64,000 nt of DNA from Octopus vulgaris (taxonomy: Eukaryota): NCBI GenBank assembly GCA_951406725.2, contig OX597819.1:125674001-125738000 (forward strand). Direction: 5' to 3'. The notes under the pieces were generated by a model. It saw nothing but the letters and a program-made list of their open reading frames with translations. It had not been told where the DNA came from and made no database searches. Below, one piece after another: positions 25,688-39,130 of the stretch. The translations under genes were made by a program, and so were the position numbers. The first letter of the stretch is position 1. The number at the start of each line of letters is the position of its first letter.

Positions 25688-25929
25688 TATTGATATGTAA
25701 AAGTAAGACCCAAAGATCAAGGTGTAGGAAGTTAGTGCAGTTCAAGTAGTCCATAGAAGATATATAAAAAAACAACTTTCAGGAACAATTGTGGCTTGTT
25801 GGTACAGAAGTTTATGAATTTTTCCCGTATCGAAGTATGATAAGCTGACAAAAGGATATTTTATAGCTTCCGGTTAGCAACTGGGGCTGCTGCATATGCG
25901 AATAAACATCCAGAATTAGGGATCGAATC

Positions 25930-26001
25930 TCCTTGGTAGTATAGTGGTAAGTATCCCTGCCTGTCATGCGGGAGACCGGGGTCCGATTCCCCACCGGAGA
26001 G
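25930..26001 (+). pseudogene. tRNA-Asp(GTC) pseudogene or variant
   Basis: 72 nt closely matching eukaryotic tRNA-Asp, anticodon loop CTGTCAT. T-loop is TCCGATT instead of TTCGATT, with C-A mismatches in the acceptor and T stems. Confidence 0.85.
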
Positions 26002-26024
26002 GTGTTTATACTGTTTAGTAGGTG

Positions 26025-26182
26025 TAGGCGTGGTTGTGTGATAAGAAACTTGCTTCCCAATGGTATTGTTTCGGGTTCAATCCCACCACGTGGATAAGTA
26101 TCTTTTACAATAGCCTCAGGCCTATCAAAGCATTGTCAGTCTGATTTACGAGTAGAAGACGGAAACTGAAAGAAGCTCGTCG

Positions 26183-26239
<57 letters not shown>

Positions 26240-26470
26240 ATGTGTGTATGTGTGTCTTTGTGTCTGTGCTAGTTTCCCCATTACCGCTTGACAACCAATG
26301 TCGATGTGTTTACTTCCACGTAACTTAGCGGTTCGGCAAGAGAACGATAGAATAAGTACTAGGCTTAAGAAATAAGTCCTAGGGTCAATTTGTTCGAATA
26401 AAAAAACCCTTGAAGATGGTGATCCAGCATGGCCACAGTCTAATGACTGAAACAAGTAAAAGAATAAAAG
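26025..26470 (+). mobile_element. SINE family C, older full-length copy
   Basis: Diverged match to 26787-27205 with internal (TA)n. Confidence 0.75.
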
Positions 26471-26786
26471 AAAAATATATATATGTATGTGTGTGTTTGT
26501 GTGTGTGTGTATCATAGTTTCGACCAAACCATAAGATGCTGTTATACACCGCTAGTCACTGTGTGCTTTCAATTTTGTCTTGGTTGCACCATCCTTTTCT
26601 ATCTTGTCCCAAATTGCTTGACCGAATCGTGTCCCCATCGTCGTGGAGGCCTTTCAAGTGGCCTATTTCGATCTCGGCAACTGCATGGGTTCATCTGTTG
26701 TCTGTGAACCTTGCAACATGTCTTTCGCAGCGGAATTTGTACTTTCGGTACTCTGCCATCACATTCTTCTATTTACCTCCTCATAT

Positions 26787-27205
26787 AGGCACAGGAGTGG
26801 CTGTGTGGTAAGTAGCTTGCTTACAAACCACACGGTTCCGGGTTCAGTCCCACTGCGTGGCATCTTGGGCAAGTGTCTTCTGCTATAGCCCCGGGCCGAC
26901 CAATGCCTTGTGAGTGGATTTGGTAGACGGAAATTGAAAGAAGCCTGTCGTATATATGTATATATATCTATGCATGTGTGTGTATATGTTTGTATGTCTG
27001 TGTTTGTCCCCCTAGCATTGCTTGACAACCGATGCTGGTGTGTTTACGTCCCCGTCACTTAGCGGTTCGGCAAAAGAGACCGATAGAATAAGTACTAGGC
27101 TTACAAAGAATAAATCCCGGGGTCAATTTGTTTGACTAAAGGCGGTGCTCCAGCATGGCCGCAGTCAAATGACTGAAACAAGTAAAAGAGTAAAAGAGTG
27201 AAAGA
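26787..27205 (+). mobile_element. SINE family C (tRNA head, CORE-like block, internal TA/TG microsatellite, (GTAAAAGA)n tail)
   Basis: A box TGGCTGTGTGG, B box GGTTCAGTCCC, CTTGGGCAAGTGTCTT. Many copies in the window. Confidence 0.88.
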
Positions 27206-27633
27206 GATACGTATCGGAATTTATTTGTTCATTCGTCATTTAACTCCTTCATTACATCGTTCTTAATCTACCTATAAAGTATTCGTATAACTCAAAAGTT
27301 GTACTTAGATAAAACTTAGATAGGTTTCGACCAAAGACTGGTCCAGGCCATGTCTAACTTAATAGCACCGCCTCATAGGATTATCTAAATCCTGCTTAAG
27401 TCAAGTTTTGTTTATGGTCCATTCAAGTAGTGAGTTTTTGTTGGGTGAGTTGTATCCAATTTATGGGTGGCTTATCTGGTATTTTCCGTAACGATACGGC
27501 GGAGACGAATAGTTTTAAAAATGTTTTCTCGAAATGATTACGTTTGTAAAGTTTTAGGCTATGGTAACCCATAAAGACTTGAATATTGTCTTACCGAGGC
27601 ATAAAAGTTGGAGTAACACATACATAACCATTA

Positions 27634-27830
27634 CTCTTTTACTTGTTTCAGGCATTTGACTGCGGCCATGCTGGAGCATCGCCTTTTAGTCGAGCAAATC
27701 GACCCCGGGACTTATTCTTTTTGTAAGCCCAGTACTTATTCTATCGGTCTCTTTTTGCCGAACCGCTAAGTGACGGGGACATAAACACACCAGCATCGGT
27801 TGTCAAGCAATGCTAGGGGGACAAACACAG

Positions 27831-27883
<53 letters not shown>

Positions 27884-28050
27884 TACGACAGACTTCTTTC
27901 AGTTTCCGTCTACCAAATCCACTCACAAGGCATTGGTCGACCCGGGGCTATAGCAGAAGACACTTGCCCAAGATGCCACGCAGTGGGACTGAACCCGGAA
28001 CCATGTGGTTGGTTAGCAAGCTACTTACCACACAGCCACTCCTGCGCCTA
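27634..28050 (-). mobile_element. SINE family C, full length
   Basis: Reverse complement of 26787-27205. Confidence 0.88.
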
Positions 28051-28574
28051 TTTCATTATTTTATATTGCTTATAAAAAATTCTATTTTCTAACAAAACTA
28101 AAAACCTCTATGGAGTAGGCAATGTCCTGCTCAAGTAACTACCTAATTACGAGATAAAGCGGAATCTCACGGAAACTAAAGTACAAATATACAACAGTAT
28201 ATGACAAAGAACTAAAAGTAGACAGAGCTTTTGCCTCTAACCCTAAATGGAAATTAAGTAATACTGCTAGAATATTATATGTGGCACAATAGCAAGATTA
28301 TAGATGCTGGAGAGAGCCTATTTTTTTGACACGTATAATCACTGTCAAGAAATCGGATCCAACTGATTCTTTTGATTGTAAGTATGGAGTCGTACAGTAG
28401 AGTAGAGATCTGTGTACTTTCAATATTAAACATAGATATCCTAAGAAATTATTTCAAAAGATTTCGGATTATAGGACAAAGGGTTATACAAAATCAACGT
28501 CATATCCAAAAACACTAATGGTACGCGTTAGACATTTCAAGAATTCAGATTATCAATACAACAACAACAACAAC

Positions 28575-29243
<669 letters not shown>

Positions 29244-29319
29244 AATAATAATAATCCAAAACGATTCTACAAAGACCTTGGCAAAAATAAAATGCAGATC
29301 GATGCAGTACCGACAGCGA

Positions 29320-29848
29320 TGTTGGTATTTTTATGTCAGGGAAGGGTGAGTTCAGCTACCTATGTTTCTATGTTAACAGATGTTTTAGAGCCATCAATTG
29401 CTAAATTGCATCCAGGAGTGTCAAAAAAAAAACTGTTATTTTTCAACAGGACAACGCTCCATGACATACAGCGAAGACTATTCGTCAATGGTTTGAGACA
29501 CAGGGTATTGTTCCCATGGACTGGCCAGCTCAAAGTCCCCATCAAAATCCTATCGAACACCTATGGGAAACGCTTGGGGAAGCTATCAAGAACACAACAA
29601 ATAAAAATAAAGAGCATTTGTACAAGCGTTGAAGAAGAATGGAATAAAATTGCATCTGCAAGAAACTAGTTGATTCAATGCTTAACCTTTTAAAAGCGGT
29701 AATTGATGCTAAAGGAGGGTCAACCAGATATTAATACTAATGTATATCGTGAAATATGTCATAATCTACCATGTGCACGAATTTCATTAACATTGAGATA
29801 GTAGAACCCCAAAACAATGGAGTGGCCTAATACTTTTGGTCAAGGCTG
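29320..29848 (+). mobile_element. Tc1-like transposase 3' remnant with right TIR
   Basis: FQQDNAP*H...WPAQSPHQNPIEHLW...AVIDAKGGSTRY*. TIR ...CCTAATACTTTTGGTCAAGGCTG|TA. Confidence 0.88.
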
Positions 29849-29858
29849 TATATATATA

Positions 29859-30320
29859 GGGAGAGTTTACGAAAAAAACAAAAGACGAAGACAGGTGGTG
29901 TACAAAACAAACAGATGTATTAGTATAACGCTCAGGAATAGAAAAAGTCTTTTACGTTTCGAGCCTACGCTCTTCTACAGAAAGGGACACAGAAAAAAAC
30001 AAGGAGAGAAAAAATGTGTAGTGGCTAACGATCTATCATGGAGACTGCTATATATATATAGGGAGCGTTTACGAAAAAAACAATAGACGAAGACAGGTGG
30101 TGTACAAAACAAACAGATGTATTAGTATAACGCTCAGGAATAGAAAAAGTCTTTTACGTTTCGAGCCTACGCTCTTCTACAGAAAGGGACACAGAAAAAA
30201 CAAGGAGAGAAAAAATGTGTAGTGGCTAACGATTACCTCCTTTTAACTTCCACATATTTTAATATTGGTATAAGCACTAAAAGTAGTAAGATTGTACGTA
30301 GGAAGAGCATACGCTCTTCT
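29859..30320 (-). mobile_element. Partial tandem of a hammerhead-bearing Penelope-like pLTR fragment (29859-30035 and 30061-30320)
   Basis: Two nearly identical ~175-bp copies separated by (TA)n. A third, inverted copy lies at ~39535-39780. Confidence 0.75.
29949..29984 (-). ncRNA. Minimal hammerhead-like motif, variant core CUGUAGA (identical copy 30151-30186; plus-strand copy 39661-39696)
   Basis: CUUU-CUGUAGA-A-GAGC-GUAG-GCUC-GAAA-CGUA-AAAG. Confidence 0.6.
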
Positions 30321-30504
30321 ATATGTATATATATATATATACGGCAGGCTTCTTTCAGTTTCCGTGTACCAAATCCACTCATACGGATTTGGTCGACCCG
30401 AGGCTATAGTAGAAGACATTTGCCCAAGGTGTCTCGCGGTGGGACTGAACCCGGAACCATGTGATTTGTAATCAAGCTACTTACTAGACAGCCTCTCCTG
30501 CGCC

Positions 30505-30555
<51 letters not shown>

Positions 30556-30669
30556 TATATATATATGTATAGTATATATATATATATATATGTGTGCGTG
30601 CGTGTGTGTGCATGCCTCTGTGTGAGTATGTGTGTGCGTGTGTGTAACTATATACAGATATATTTATAT

Positions 30670-31083
30670 CTTTTATCCTTTATCCTTTACTTGTTTGTTT
30701 CACTCATTAGACTGCGGCCATGCTGGAGCACCGCTTTTAGTCGAGAAAATCGACCCCGGGACTTATTCTTTGTAAGCCTAGTACTTATTCTATCGGTCTC
30801 TTTTTGCCGCACCGCTAAGTGACGAGGACATAAACACACCAGCATCGGTTGTCAAGCAATGCTAGGGAGGACAAACACAGACACACAAACACACACACAC
30901 ACATATATATACATATATGCGACGGGCTTCTTTCAGTTTCGTCTACCAAATCCACTCACAAGGCTTTGGTCGGCCCGAGGCTATAGTAGAAGACACTTGC
31001 CCAAGATGCCACGCAGTGGGACTGAACCCGGAACCATGTGGTTGGTAAGCAAGCTACTTACCACACAGCCACTCCTGCGCCTA
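30670..31083 (-). mobile_element. SINE family C, full length (further heads at ~30342-30505 on - and ~31695-31860 on +)
   Basis: Reverse complement of 26787-27205. Confidence 0.85.
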
Positions 31084-31858
31084 TATGTCGTATATATCTA
31101 TGTTATAGTAGCATTTAATATGTATATAAGTTTTATATCTATATTATCTGTCTATCTGTCTGTCCCTCTCCACACACACATGCACACACACACATACACA
31201 CACACATACACACACACACACATGCACACACACACATACACACACACATGCACACACACACTTACACATACACACACACATATACACCCCCACATACAAA
31301 GACATAACTTTTCACTCAATCATATATACAAGCATGCGCTTAAACATATATACACACATGTATGAGCAATTGTTTGGTAACACGTATAAATGATCGATCT
31401 ATATCGATCTCTTACACAACGTCTTTTTTTATTCGCATCTTAGCTCATATGATTGATCTATATTAATTTTTACGATTCACTTATTGTTATCGATGGCGGC
31501 TGTGTCAGTTCGGTTTGTCCTCTTGTTCTATACTACATAACCCAGCAGTCGTTTTAACCTCCCATTTACAGTTGGTTTCATTGTTAAGCAATTCGCTAGC
31601 ATTGAGCGTCACGTTCTCGTCAAGGCATTACGTCATTATCGCCACTACGTTTCTGTCTAATCATTTGCATATAAACGAAAACAGGCACTTATATGTACAC
31701 GCGTGGCTGTGTGGTAAGAAGCTTACTTCCAAACCACATGGTCCCTGGTTCAGTCCCACTGCATGGCATCTTGATGAGCAGGTGTCTTCTGATATAGCTT
31801 CGGACCGACCAAAGTCTTGTCAGAGGATTTGGTAGACAGAAACTAAAGGAAGCCTGTC

Positions 31859-31919
<61 letters not shown>

Positions 31920-31922
<3 letters not shown>

Positions 31923-32150
31923 TTCGTTTTTGGATTTGGTTTACAAGATTCTTTATATGAGTTCGTGTGTTGAAGCATATTCTATTGTGTCTGGGGTGAG
32001 TCATTTTCTTTTTGTGCCTTATTATGTAACACACTCACCGGCAAAATTTCCACGGACAATAAAAAAAAAGTAAAAAACGTGGATATTTTACCGGTGAGTG
32101 TGTTACATAATAAGGCACAAAAAGAAAAACGACTCTCCCCAGACACAATA

Positions 32151-32151
<1 letters not shown>
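31920..32151. mobile_element. (TA)n-embedded element ending in a fold-back (arms 31982-32054 / 32078-32151)
   Basis: ~73-bp inverted arms. A related copy with shorter arms lies at ~42896-43065. Confidence 0.7.
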
Positions 32152-32187
<36 letters not shown>

Positions 32188-32235
32188 AAAAAAGTCAAGG
32201 TAGAAAATGCTAAAATAATTTTATAAAAAGCATTT

Positions 32236-32271
32236 CAGTACCGGTTTCAGTCATTGAGACTTTTTCAACTG
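32236..32271 (-). ncRNA. Minimal type I hammerhead with covariant U3-A8 core (UUGAAAA)
   Basis: CAG-UUGAAAA-AGUC-UCAAU-GACU-GAAA-CCGGUA-CUG with palindromic ACCGGU stem III. Lies in a (TA)n-flanked fragment 32185-32420. Confidence 0.7.
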
Positions 32272-32416
32272 TAAGTATGGAAAACAATTGAATTTTGGAA
32301 AAATTAAAAGAAAAGTTTTAAAAAAATATATTTGCGTAGTATTCAAATACAAGGGGCATTTTCCTTGTTTCTGCCCGTCTCTGTCTCTCTTTTTTACTCT
32401 TGTGGGTTCGAGGTCG

Positions 32417-32459
<43 letters not shown>

Positions 32460-32563
32460 TAATCCAAACAAGAAAACACAGAAAAAAAAGAGAAAAAAAC
32501 ACACCAACGCAGGACGTAGAACAATTAAAGTATTATTGACGCTCAGGAAAGAAGGGAAGGAGG

Positions 32564-32598
32564 GTTTAACGTTTCGAGCGGAGCTCTTCGTCGGAAAC
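32564..32598 (-). ncRNA. Minimal hammerhead-like motif, core CCGACGA (plus-strand relative 58697-58731 with UCGACGA)
   Basis: GUUU-CCGACGA-A-GAGC-UCC-GCUC-GAAA-CGUU-AAAC within the (TA)n-flanked element 32455-32665 (relative at 58625-58830). Confidence 0.62.
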
Positions 32599-32667
32599 AA
32601 GGAGAAGGAAAGATCCCAAGGAGGGAAGACAGAGGAGACAATATTTGAGCTGGTGGTGCTTAAGAGA

Positions 32668-32724
<57 letters not shown>

Positions 32725-32872
32725 GTGAAGACGCGTGGCTTAGTGGTTAGGGCATTCGGTTTACGATCGATTGTAAGGTCGTGTTGTGTACTTGAGCATG
32801 ACACTTTATTTCACGTTGCTCCAATCCATTCAGCTGGCAAAAATGAGTAGTACCTTTATTTCAAAGGGCTGG

Positions 32873-32960
<88 letters not shown>

Positions 32961-33791
32961 AATTACGAAACAATTTGTTGTGGAATTAGAATTTTCTTAC
33001 TGTTAAATAAAATTTCATCAAAATATTTCTGTCATTTGTGACCATATACACTTCTTACTGTTTTCTCTTGTATGGTACCATATATCGTATATGTTTTGTA
33101 GAATGATACATTAAGGACTAGAAAAAAAATGAACTGGAGTCGAGTTGTTCAACCCTTCAAGGCAGTGCCCTAGCATGGCTGCAGTCCAATGACTAGAAGA
33201 CAAAGGACAAAAGACACACACGCACATACACACACACACATATTGGCAGATCAAAAATAAAAACAAGAATAAAGTCAAAAATCAATAAAAGTCAAAAGGA
33301 TTTACTCGGTGAATGTAGGTTGACGCTCAGTTTAAGATGAAGAAAGGTGTGTGACGCTTTGAGCATGGCTTTTTTTTTATCAGAAAGGAAAATGACGCAA
33401 TGTCTGGGGAGAAGGAAAAGAATAGTCCAAGAACTACATAATATATATAAGTACACATACATACAAACACACCGCGCGCGCACATGCGTGAGGACTTAGC
33501 AATTTCTGGTTTGATTCTAGGTGCGCATTTAGCCTACTGAGGAAGGGGAAGGGGTTGACTATTGAGTCGTGCCGAAAGCAGTAAATCCGGGAGATGGAGA
33601 ACTTTAATAGAAAAGCCTGAGGTATATTGTTCATTGTGTTTGTGGAAAACACCTGCACCAACGTTCTGCTATTAATATTTCTAAAAAGTGTAGCTGGTCT
33701 TACATAAGCCTTTATCATTGAAAACAAATTATTTGTGGACCCTCTCATACATCACTGGACTATCATGCATCGCTATCGATGGGAGAATCTA

Positions 33792-34210
33792 CAGGGTGTT
33801 CCAGAGAGATTTACCCAAGCTTAAAACTCTTCCTGAAACAGTTGAATGTGTGTCGTAAAACTGTGTTCAATACCTGGAAACGATGTATGGAGTCCACTAC
33901 TACCTCTAGCAAGCTAATTCCTGGTAGGAAAGGATGAATTTGTACCGAGCAAACTCTTGGAGCTGTGAAGTGAATAAACCGAAATCTCCGCAGGAGTGCA
34001 AGAAAAACTGCAAAAGCTCTTTATATTTCGAAATCGTCAATGCAGAGGAGTTTTCAGAGAATTTAAAGCTAACAATTCCGGCAGAACATTTCAGAAGCTT
34101 TCAAGAAGAAACAGCGCGACAGGAGTAAAACCATGTTAGCTGAGATGAAATGTGCCTTTAACAAAGATCGATGAGAAGATCTTCACTGTGGAGGCAGTTA
34201 CCAACGATTA
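33792..34210 (+). mobile_element. DD37D (maT-like) Tc1/mariner 5' remnant
   Basis: TA|CAGGGTGTTCC terminus. Pieced translation KQLNVCRKTVFN..RNLRRSARKTAKALYISKSSMQR..DEKIFTVE. Confidence 0.65.
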
Positions 34211-34837
34211 TTAAGAGATACAGGTTGGAAGCGCATAGCGTCTTTTATACAAGATTTGAATACACTGTCCTAGTTCGCAACATTATGGTAAATTTCTATA
34301 TTAACACCCGCACGATTTTCACTAAGAAAAAACAAAAAAAAACAAAAAAACAACAACAACAACAACAACAACAAAAAATTGCTCTTTTGCGTGGAATCAA
34401 GTACCCTTACCTCCTAATATCCCTTATTTTGGTTTGGAAAAAATGCGATAGGTGGGGGGTGCATCAATCCCAGATTCATTGGAATTCTTTTTTTCGTTGA
34501 ATGAATTCCTGTGACCGCCTAATATTGCAAAATTAGGTTACTTAAGGTGAGCCTGGTAACTGATGGTTTTGGGGTTTTGTTGTTTGTAACTTTTGGTGAG
34601 CCATGGTGCAACCAACAAGATGGTAAAAATCCCTGCCATTAATTTGGTGTGGATGGGTAATATCAAATAATTCAATCACAACATATATTTAAATTAAACG
34701 TGAAAAAAATTGAAATATTATCATCACTTACATGGAAAAATTGAAAAATTATCTTTCAGTATTTTATAAGGTAAAATCTTAAATTATTGACTCATTATTA
34801 ATTATCTTATAACAGCAATGCCTAAAAAAAATCATGG

Positions 34838-35358
34838 ATTACATGGAAAAAATGCGAGCATGAAAAGTAATATTCTAAAGATTATAAACCTGGAAAAGTA
34901 CTGGACAAGTTATTACACCTGTAAAAGTATAGGACAAGCTATTGCTTCTAGTAAAGTAAAGAATAAGAAACTTTTTACTTAAAATATTGTAGCTAAAATT
35001 AAAATTTGAATATTAGGACTTATTTTATTATAATTTGCAAATAACACCATACTTATTTAAGTAGAATTTAGCTAATTTACATCTTTAAATACAGAAAAAA
35101 CTGACTAATTAGACAAACTTACAAATTAGCTGAACAGTTTTGTACAATACATTTAAAAGATGAGAAACTGTAAAGCGAGATAAATTAGAAGAACTGGATT
35201 CTTAGCTGCAATATTTTAAATAAAAAGTTTCTTATTCTTTACTTTACTAGAAGTAATAGCTTGTCCTATACTTTTACAGGTGTAATAACTTGTCCTGTAC
35301 TTTTCCAGGTTTATAATCTTAAGAATATTATTTTCATGCTCGCATTTCCCCATGTAAT
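34838..35358. repeat. Long inverted repeat (arms 34838-34996 / 35202-35358), probably a Penelope-like inverted end
   Basis: ~158-bp arms with few mismatches. The right arm abuts (TA)n. Confidence 0.8.
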
Positions 35359-35493
35359 ATATATATATATATATGATGATCCGGTTCTTGACTGAAGATT
35401 AGAGGCTTCGAATGGCCCGTCCGTTTTTTGTGTCGTCTATTTGAATGTTTTGCGTTCTTGCCCCATTTGCATTTATATATATATATATAGAAC

Positions 35494-35799
35494 AGGAAAA
35501 ATATAAGGCAGAATGCTAAATCGAAAGTAAATTTTAATAAAAATGGGTGTATGGACAATTAAAAAAGAAAAAAACAATAGATCAAACCGGTTTTCACTGT
35601 AAAGTAAATTTTCAAGATTTTGAAGGGGAAAATAAATTTTTTTTAAATTGAGGAAGGGAAATTCCTCTTCCAAATCTTGAAAATTTGCTTTACAATGAAA
35701 ACCGAATTGATCTATTATTTTTTCTTTTTTAATTGTGCATGCACCCATTTTTATTAAAATTTACTTTCAATTTAGCATTCTGCCTTATTATTTTTTCCT
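35494..35799. repeat. Long inverted repeat (arms 35494-35630 / 35662-35799) next to (TA)n
   Basis: ~137-bp arms with a 31-bp spacer. Confidence 0.8.
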
Positions 35800-36448
35800 C
35801 TCCTATCATTTCTCCACGTGCGGTTAACACAACCCTACCATTTACTGATTTATATATATATATATATGAGTGTTATTAGTGTTCCCATTATTTTCTATGA
35901 TTGGTAGTTATTTTTTTTTGCAGCTGTTGTTGTTCGTGGGATTATTGATAACAGTTGTTATTGTATTGCATTGTCCCGTTGTGGTTTGTGTAGTGGTTAT
36001 AATACCATCGTAGTTGTTGCTCTTGTTTGTGTTGTTATTTCTGCCCAGAGTTAAGAAAACCTGTTCTTTTAGTCGCCTTTGTGATGTTGGTGTTCTGTTT
36101 TTAGTAGTAATTGATTTTGATTTTGTTTTACCTTGTTACGTTTCTTACAAGTTGTGGTTTGTCTAGCACAGTTATGGGTTATGTGTGTCTGTGTATCCAT
36201 GTGTGTACGTATGTACGGAAGCATGTATGCATATGTTTGTGTATACATTTAGTTTATATGTGTGAGAGTGTGTATGTGTATGTGTGTGTATAACTATGTA
36301 TGTATGAATATGTATGTGTATAAATGGACACATATACCTATCTCTCTCTCTCTATATATATATATATTTATTCATTTCTCGAGCGTTAAACTAATACATC
36401 TGTTTGTTGTTTATATACCCGTCTTCGTCTTTTGTTTTTTGTAAATTC

Positions 36449-36516
<68 letters not shown>

Positions 36517-36685
36517 TATGTATAAACATATATATGGAGAGAGAGAAAGGGAGAGAGAGAGTGAGCGAGAGAAAGAGAGAGAGATGTGTTTATAATTGTT
36601 GTTGGTATTGTTATTGCTCCTGTTTGGCTTGCGGTTAAGAATAGTTGTCCATGTAGTTGTTTGTGTTGTCGATACAATTGTTTCT

Positions 36686-36760
<75 letters not shown>

Positions 36761-37456
36761 AGCTATAGCAGTAATTGTTGTTGTTCTGTGTTGCTATTGT
36801 TACGAATGCTACTTGCGATTGCCGTTCTAGTCGTTGGTTTTTGTGGCTGTTCCGAAAGTATTTCTTTTTGTGTTTTTTTTTATGGTTTATATTCTATCAT
36901 TTTTATTTATTTATTTATTTTTTTTTCAACAAACTCATTGAAATGCTGATTGTAATTGGAAGCCCCATGGGGTGCCATATCCTGGTCCGATCAAGCGTGC
37001 AATGAAAGGAAATTTGCCAACAAGCAAATTGAATGCATAATCTTTGTTTATTTTGCTTTGTCTCGAGTAGAAGTTTGAAAGGAAGGAAGCACTAATTCTA
37101 GTTATCCGGTTTAGAAACAATAGTAAACCAGACTCGGCAGTTTCTGTCTCTGGGTGGATCGAGTTTATTAAATTTTTACACCAATAAATCGCCCTTTATT
37201 TTAGTCAATCCTCATACAAAATCCATTGATATGACTGTCCTTGAAAAGAGAACCCTGAGATTTATTATTATTATTATTATTATTTTATATATCGCTATGG
37301 TTATTACGATCCGATTGATTAAAATCCAGGGGAATCTAAGGCTTTGACTTTAGGACATTTGATGTCCTAAGTGTTACTAAGAGTTGAAGACTGACATCTT
37401 CAACAAAACAAGTAGTCACTAGTAATTTTCTGCTTATAAATTAGTTTCCATTACTA

Positions 37457-37546
<90 letters not shown>

Positions 37547-37679
37547 ACTACTACTACAACTACCACTACCACCACCACCACCACTACTACTACTACTGCT
37601 GCTGGTGCTGCTGCTGGTGCAACTACTACTAATATTACTACTACTACTACTACTACTACCTACCACCACCACCACCACC

Positions 37680-37727
<48 letters not shown>

Positions 37728-37884
37728 GTTGCTGCTGCTGTTGTTGTTGTTAAGCAACAAGACGGGTATGAGTGATTAGGTGATGGTCTAGGGGTTAGGG
37801 GCGGGAGACCTCAGACCTTGAAAGAAAACTGGTCGTCTTGTAGTCGTGGGCTCTTCGTTGACGCCCGACACCACTGAGAGAATT

Positions 37885-38920
37885 TTTGCCCTTTCTTCAG
37901 TTCTTGTAGTGATGATGATGGAGGATATCGACTCCTTACTTGTTTTTCTAAAATACACCATAAATGTTCAATAATATTGAGATCTGGGAACTGTGGTGGC
38001 CAGATAAGATGTTCAACTTCACTAGAATGCTCCGCATGCCATTCAGTAACAATCTTAGCTGTGTGAATTGGTGCATTATCATTCTGAAAGTTTGCGTTTT
38101 CCTCCTGAAACAGTTCCACAACCATAGGATGAATTTGATCAGATAAAATACTTAAATAGTCTTGACTATTAATTCTGCCACGAGGGAAGCCATTGGGCCG
38201 GCGGATCATCACAGATCCTCCTCCATGTTTAACTGTTGGAAGAATGCAGTCTGGGTCAAATGCTTCTTTTGGCTTTCTCCACACGCATACTCGGCCGGTG
38301 GTCGGAAATAAAGTAAAGGATGACTCGTCTGAGAAAATAACATTCTTCCACTGCTCTAGGGACCAATTCTGTAGGTTTTTACTCCACTGTAAACGCTTTG
38401 CAATGTTTGCTTTTGAAAATAGTGGTTTTGTGATTGCAGCCCTCTCGTGATGTCCGGTTTTATGGAAACTGGGTTCTCAAGGTGGTCATTAATATCTGCA
38501 GTAATTTCGGGAGCTGTATTTTTGTGAATCTTTCTAACAGTTCGCACAAGAGTCCGAAAGTCTGAAAGTTTTGGTTTTCTTCCGGAGTTTTGTTCGACGA
38601 GGTTTTTCCCTCTTTCTCAAACGCTGTCATTACTTTCTTGATACACCAAACATTTCAGCTGTTTTCGTTACGCTAGCGCCTAACATACGAGCACCAACAA
38701 TTTGACCTCTATGAAAGTCTGATAGATCTGTCAATGAATTTTAATTACCCTTTTCTGATGATAACTGAAAAGAAACAGCAAATTTAGCAAAACATATTAA
38801 GCAACACTAATAACAAATCAAAAAACATAAAAATAAACAAGCTTTTGACGGTTTTATAGATATTTCAAAATTATGATGCTATGATGCTAGGTGTTTCCAT
38901 TATTTTGTCCAACCACTCTG
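37885..38920 (-). mobile_element. Tc1 (DD34E) transposon, decayed and 3'-truncated
   Basis: TA|CAGAGTGGTTGGACAAAATAATGGAAACAC left TIR. Motifs FSDES, PTVKHGGGSVMI, FQNDNAPIHTA and WPPQFPDLNIIEHLW. Confidence 0.92.
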
Positions 38921-39011
38921 TATATATTGTCATTGGATCATCAATCCGAAAAAAAAGCAAACTCTGTAATTTATAGAGTATATTAATAAAGATAGATATA
39001 GCCCCTGTATG

Positions 39012-39069
39012 TGGCTACCCTGGGTTTCACGTCCATAAATCGCTTAGCTTACAGCGTTCTTCAGACCCT
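39012..39069 (-). ncRNA. Type I hammerhead ribozyme (left arm of twin palindrome)
   Basis: GGU-CUGAAGA-ACG...CGU-GAAA-CCCAGGGUA-GCC. Confidence 0.72.
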
Positions 39070-39130
39070 AAACCCATTGGCCTATGGCTTCTCTAGCAAG
39101 TATCCTTTCTACCATAGGCCAATGGGTTTA

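Noticed and set aside
27320-27356. GACCA/TGGTC hairpin followed by GAAAC on the minus strand (similar case at 43825-43860)
   Set aside because: No CUGANGA box at the required position.
35388-35422. CTGAAGA...GAA motif in a TA-flanked fragment
   Set aside because: No convincing stem II and an incomplete GAAA; at best a decayed motif.
38752-38776. CTGATGA...GAAA inside the Tc1 element
   Set aside because: Only 5 nt lie between the boxes, with no stem II or III; a chance match.
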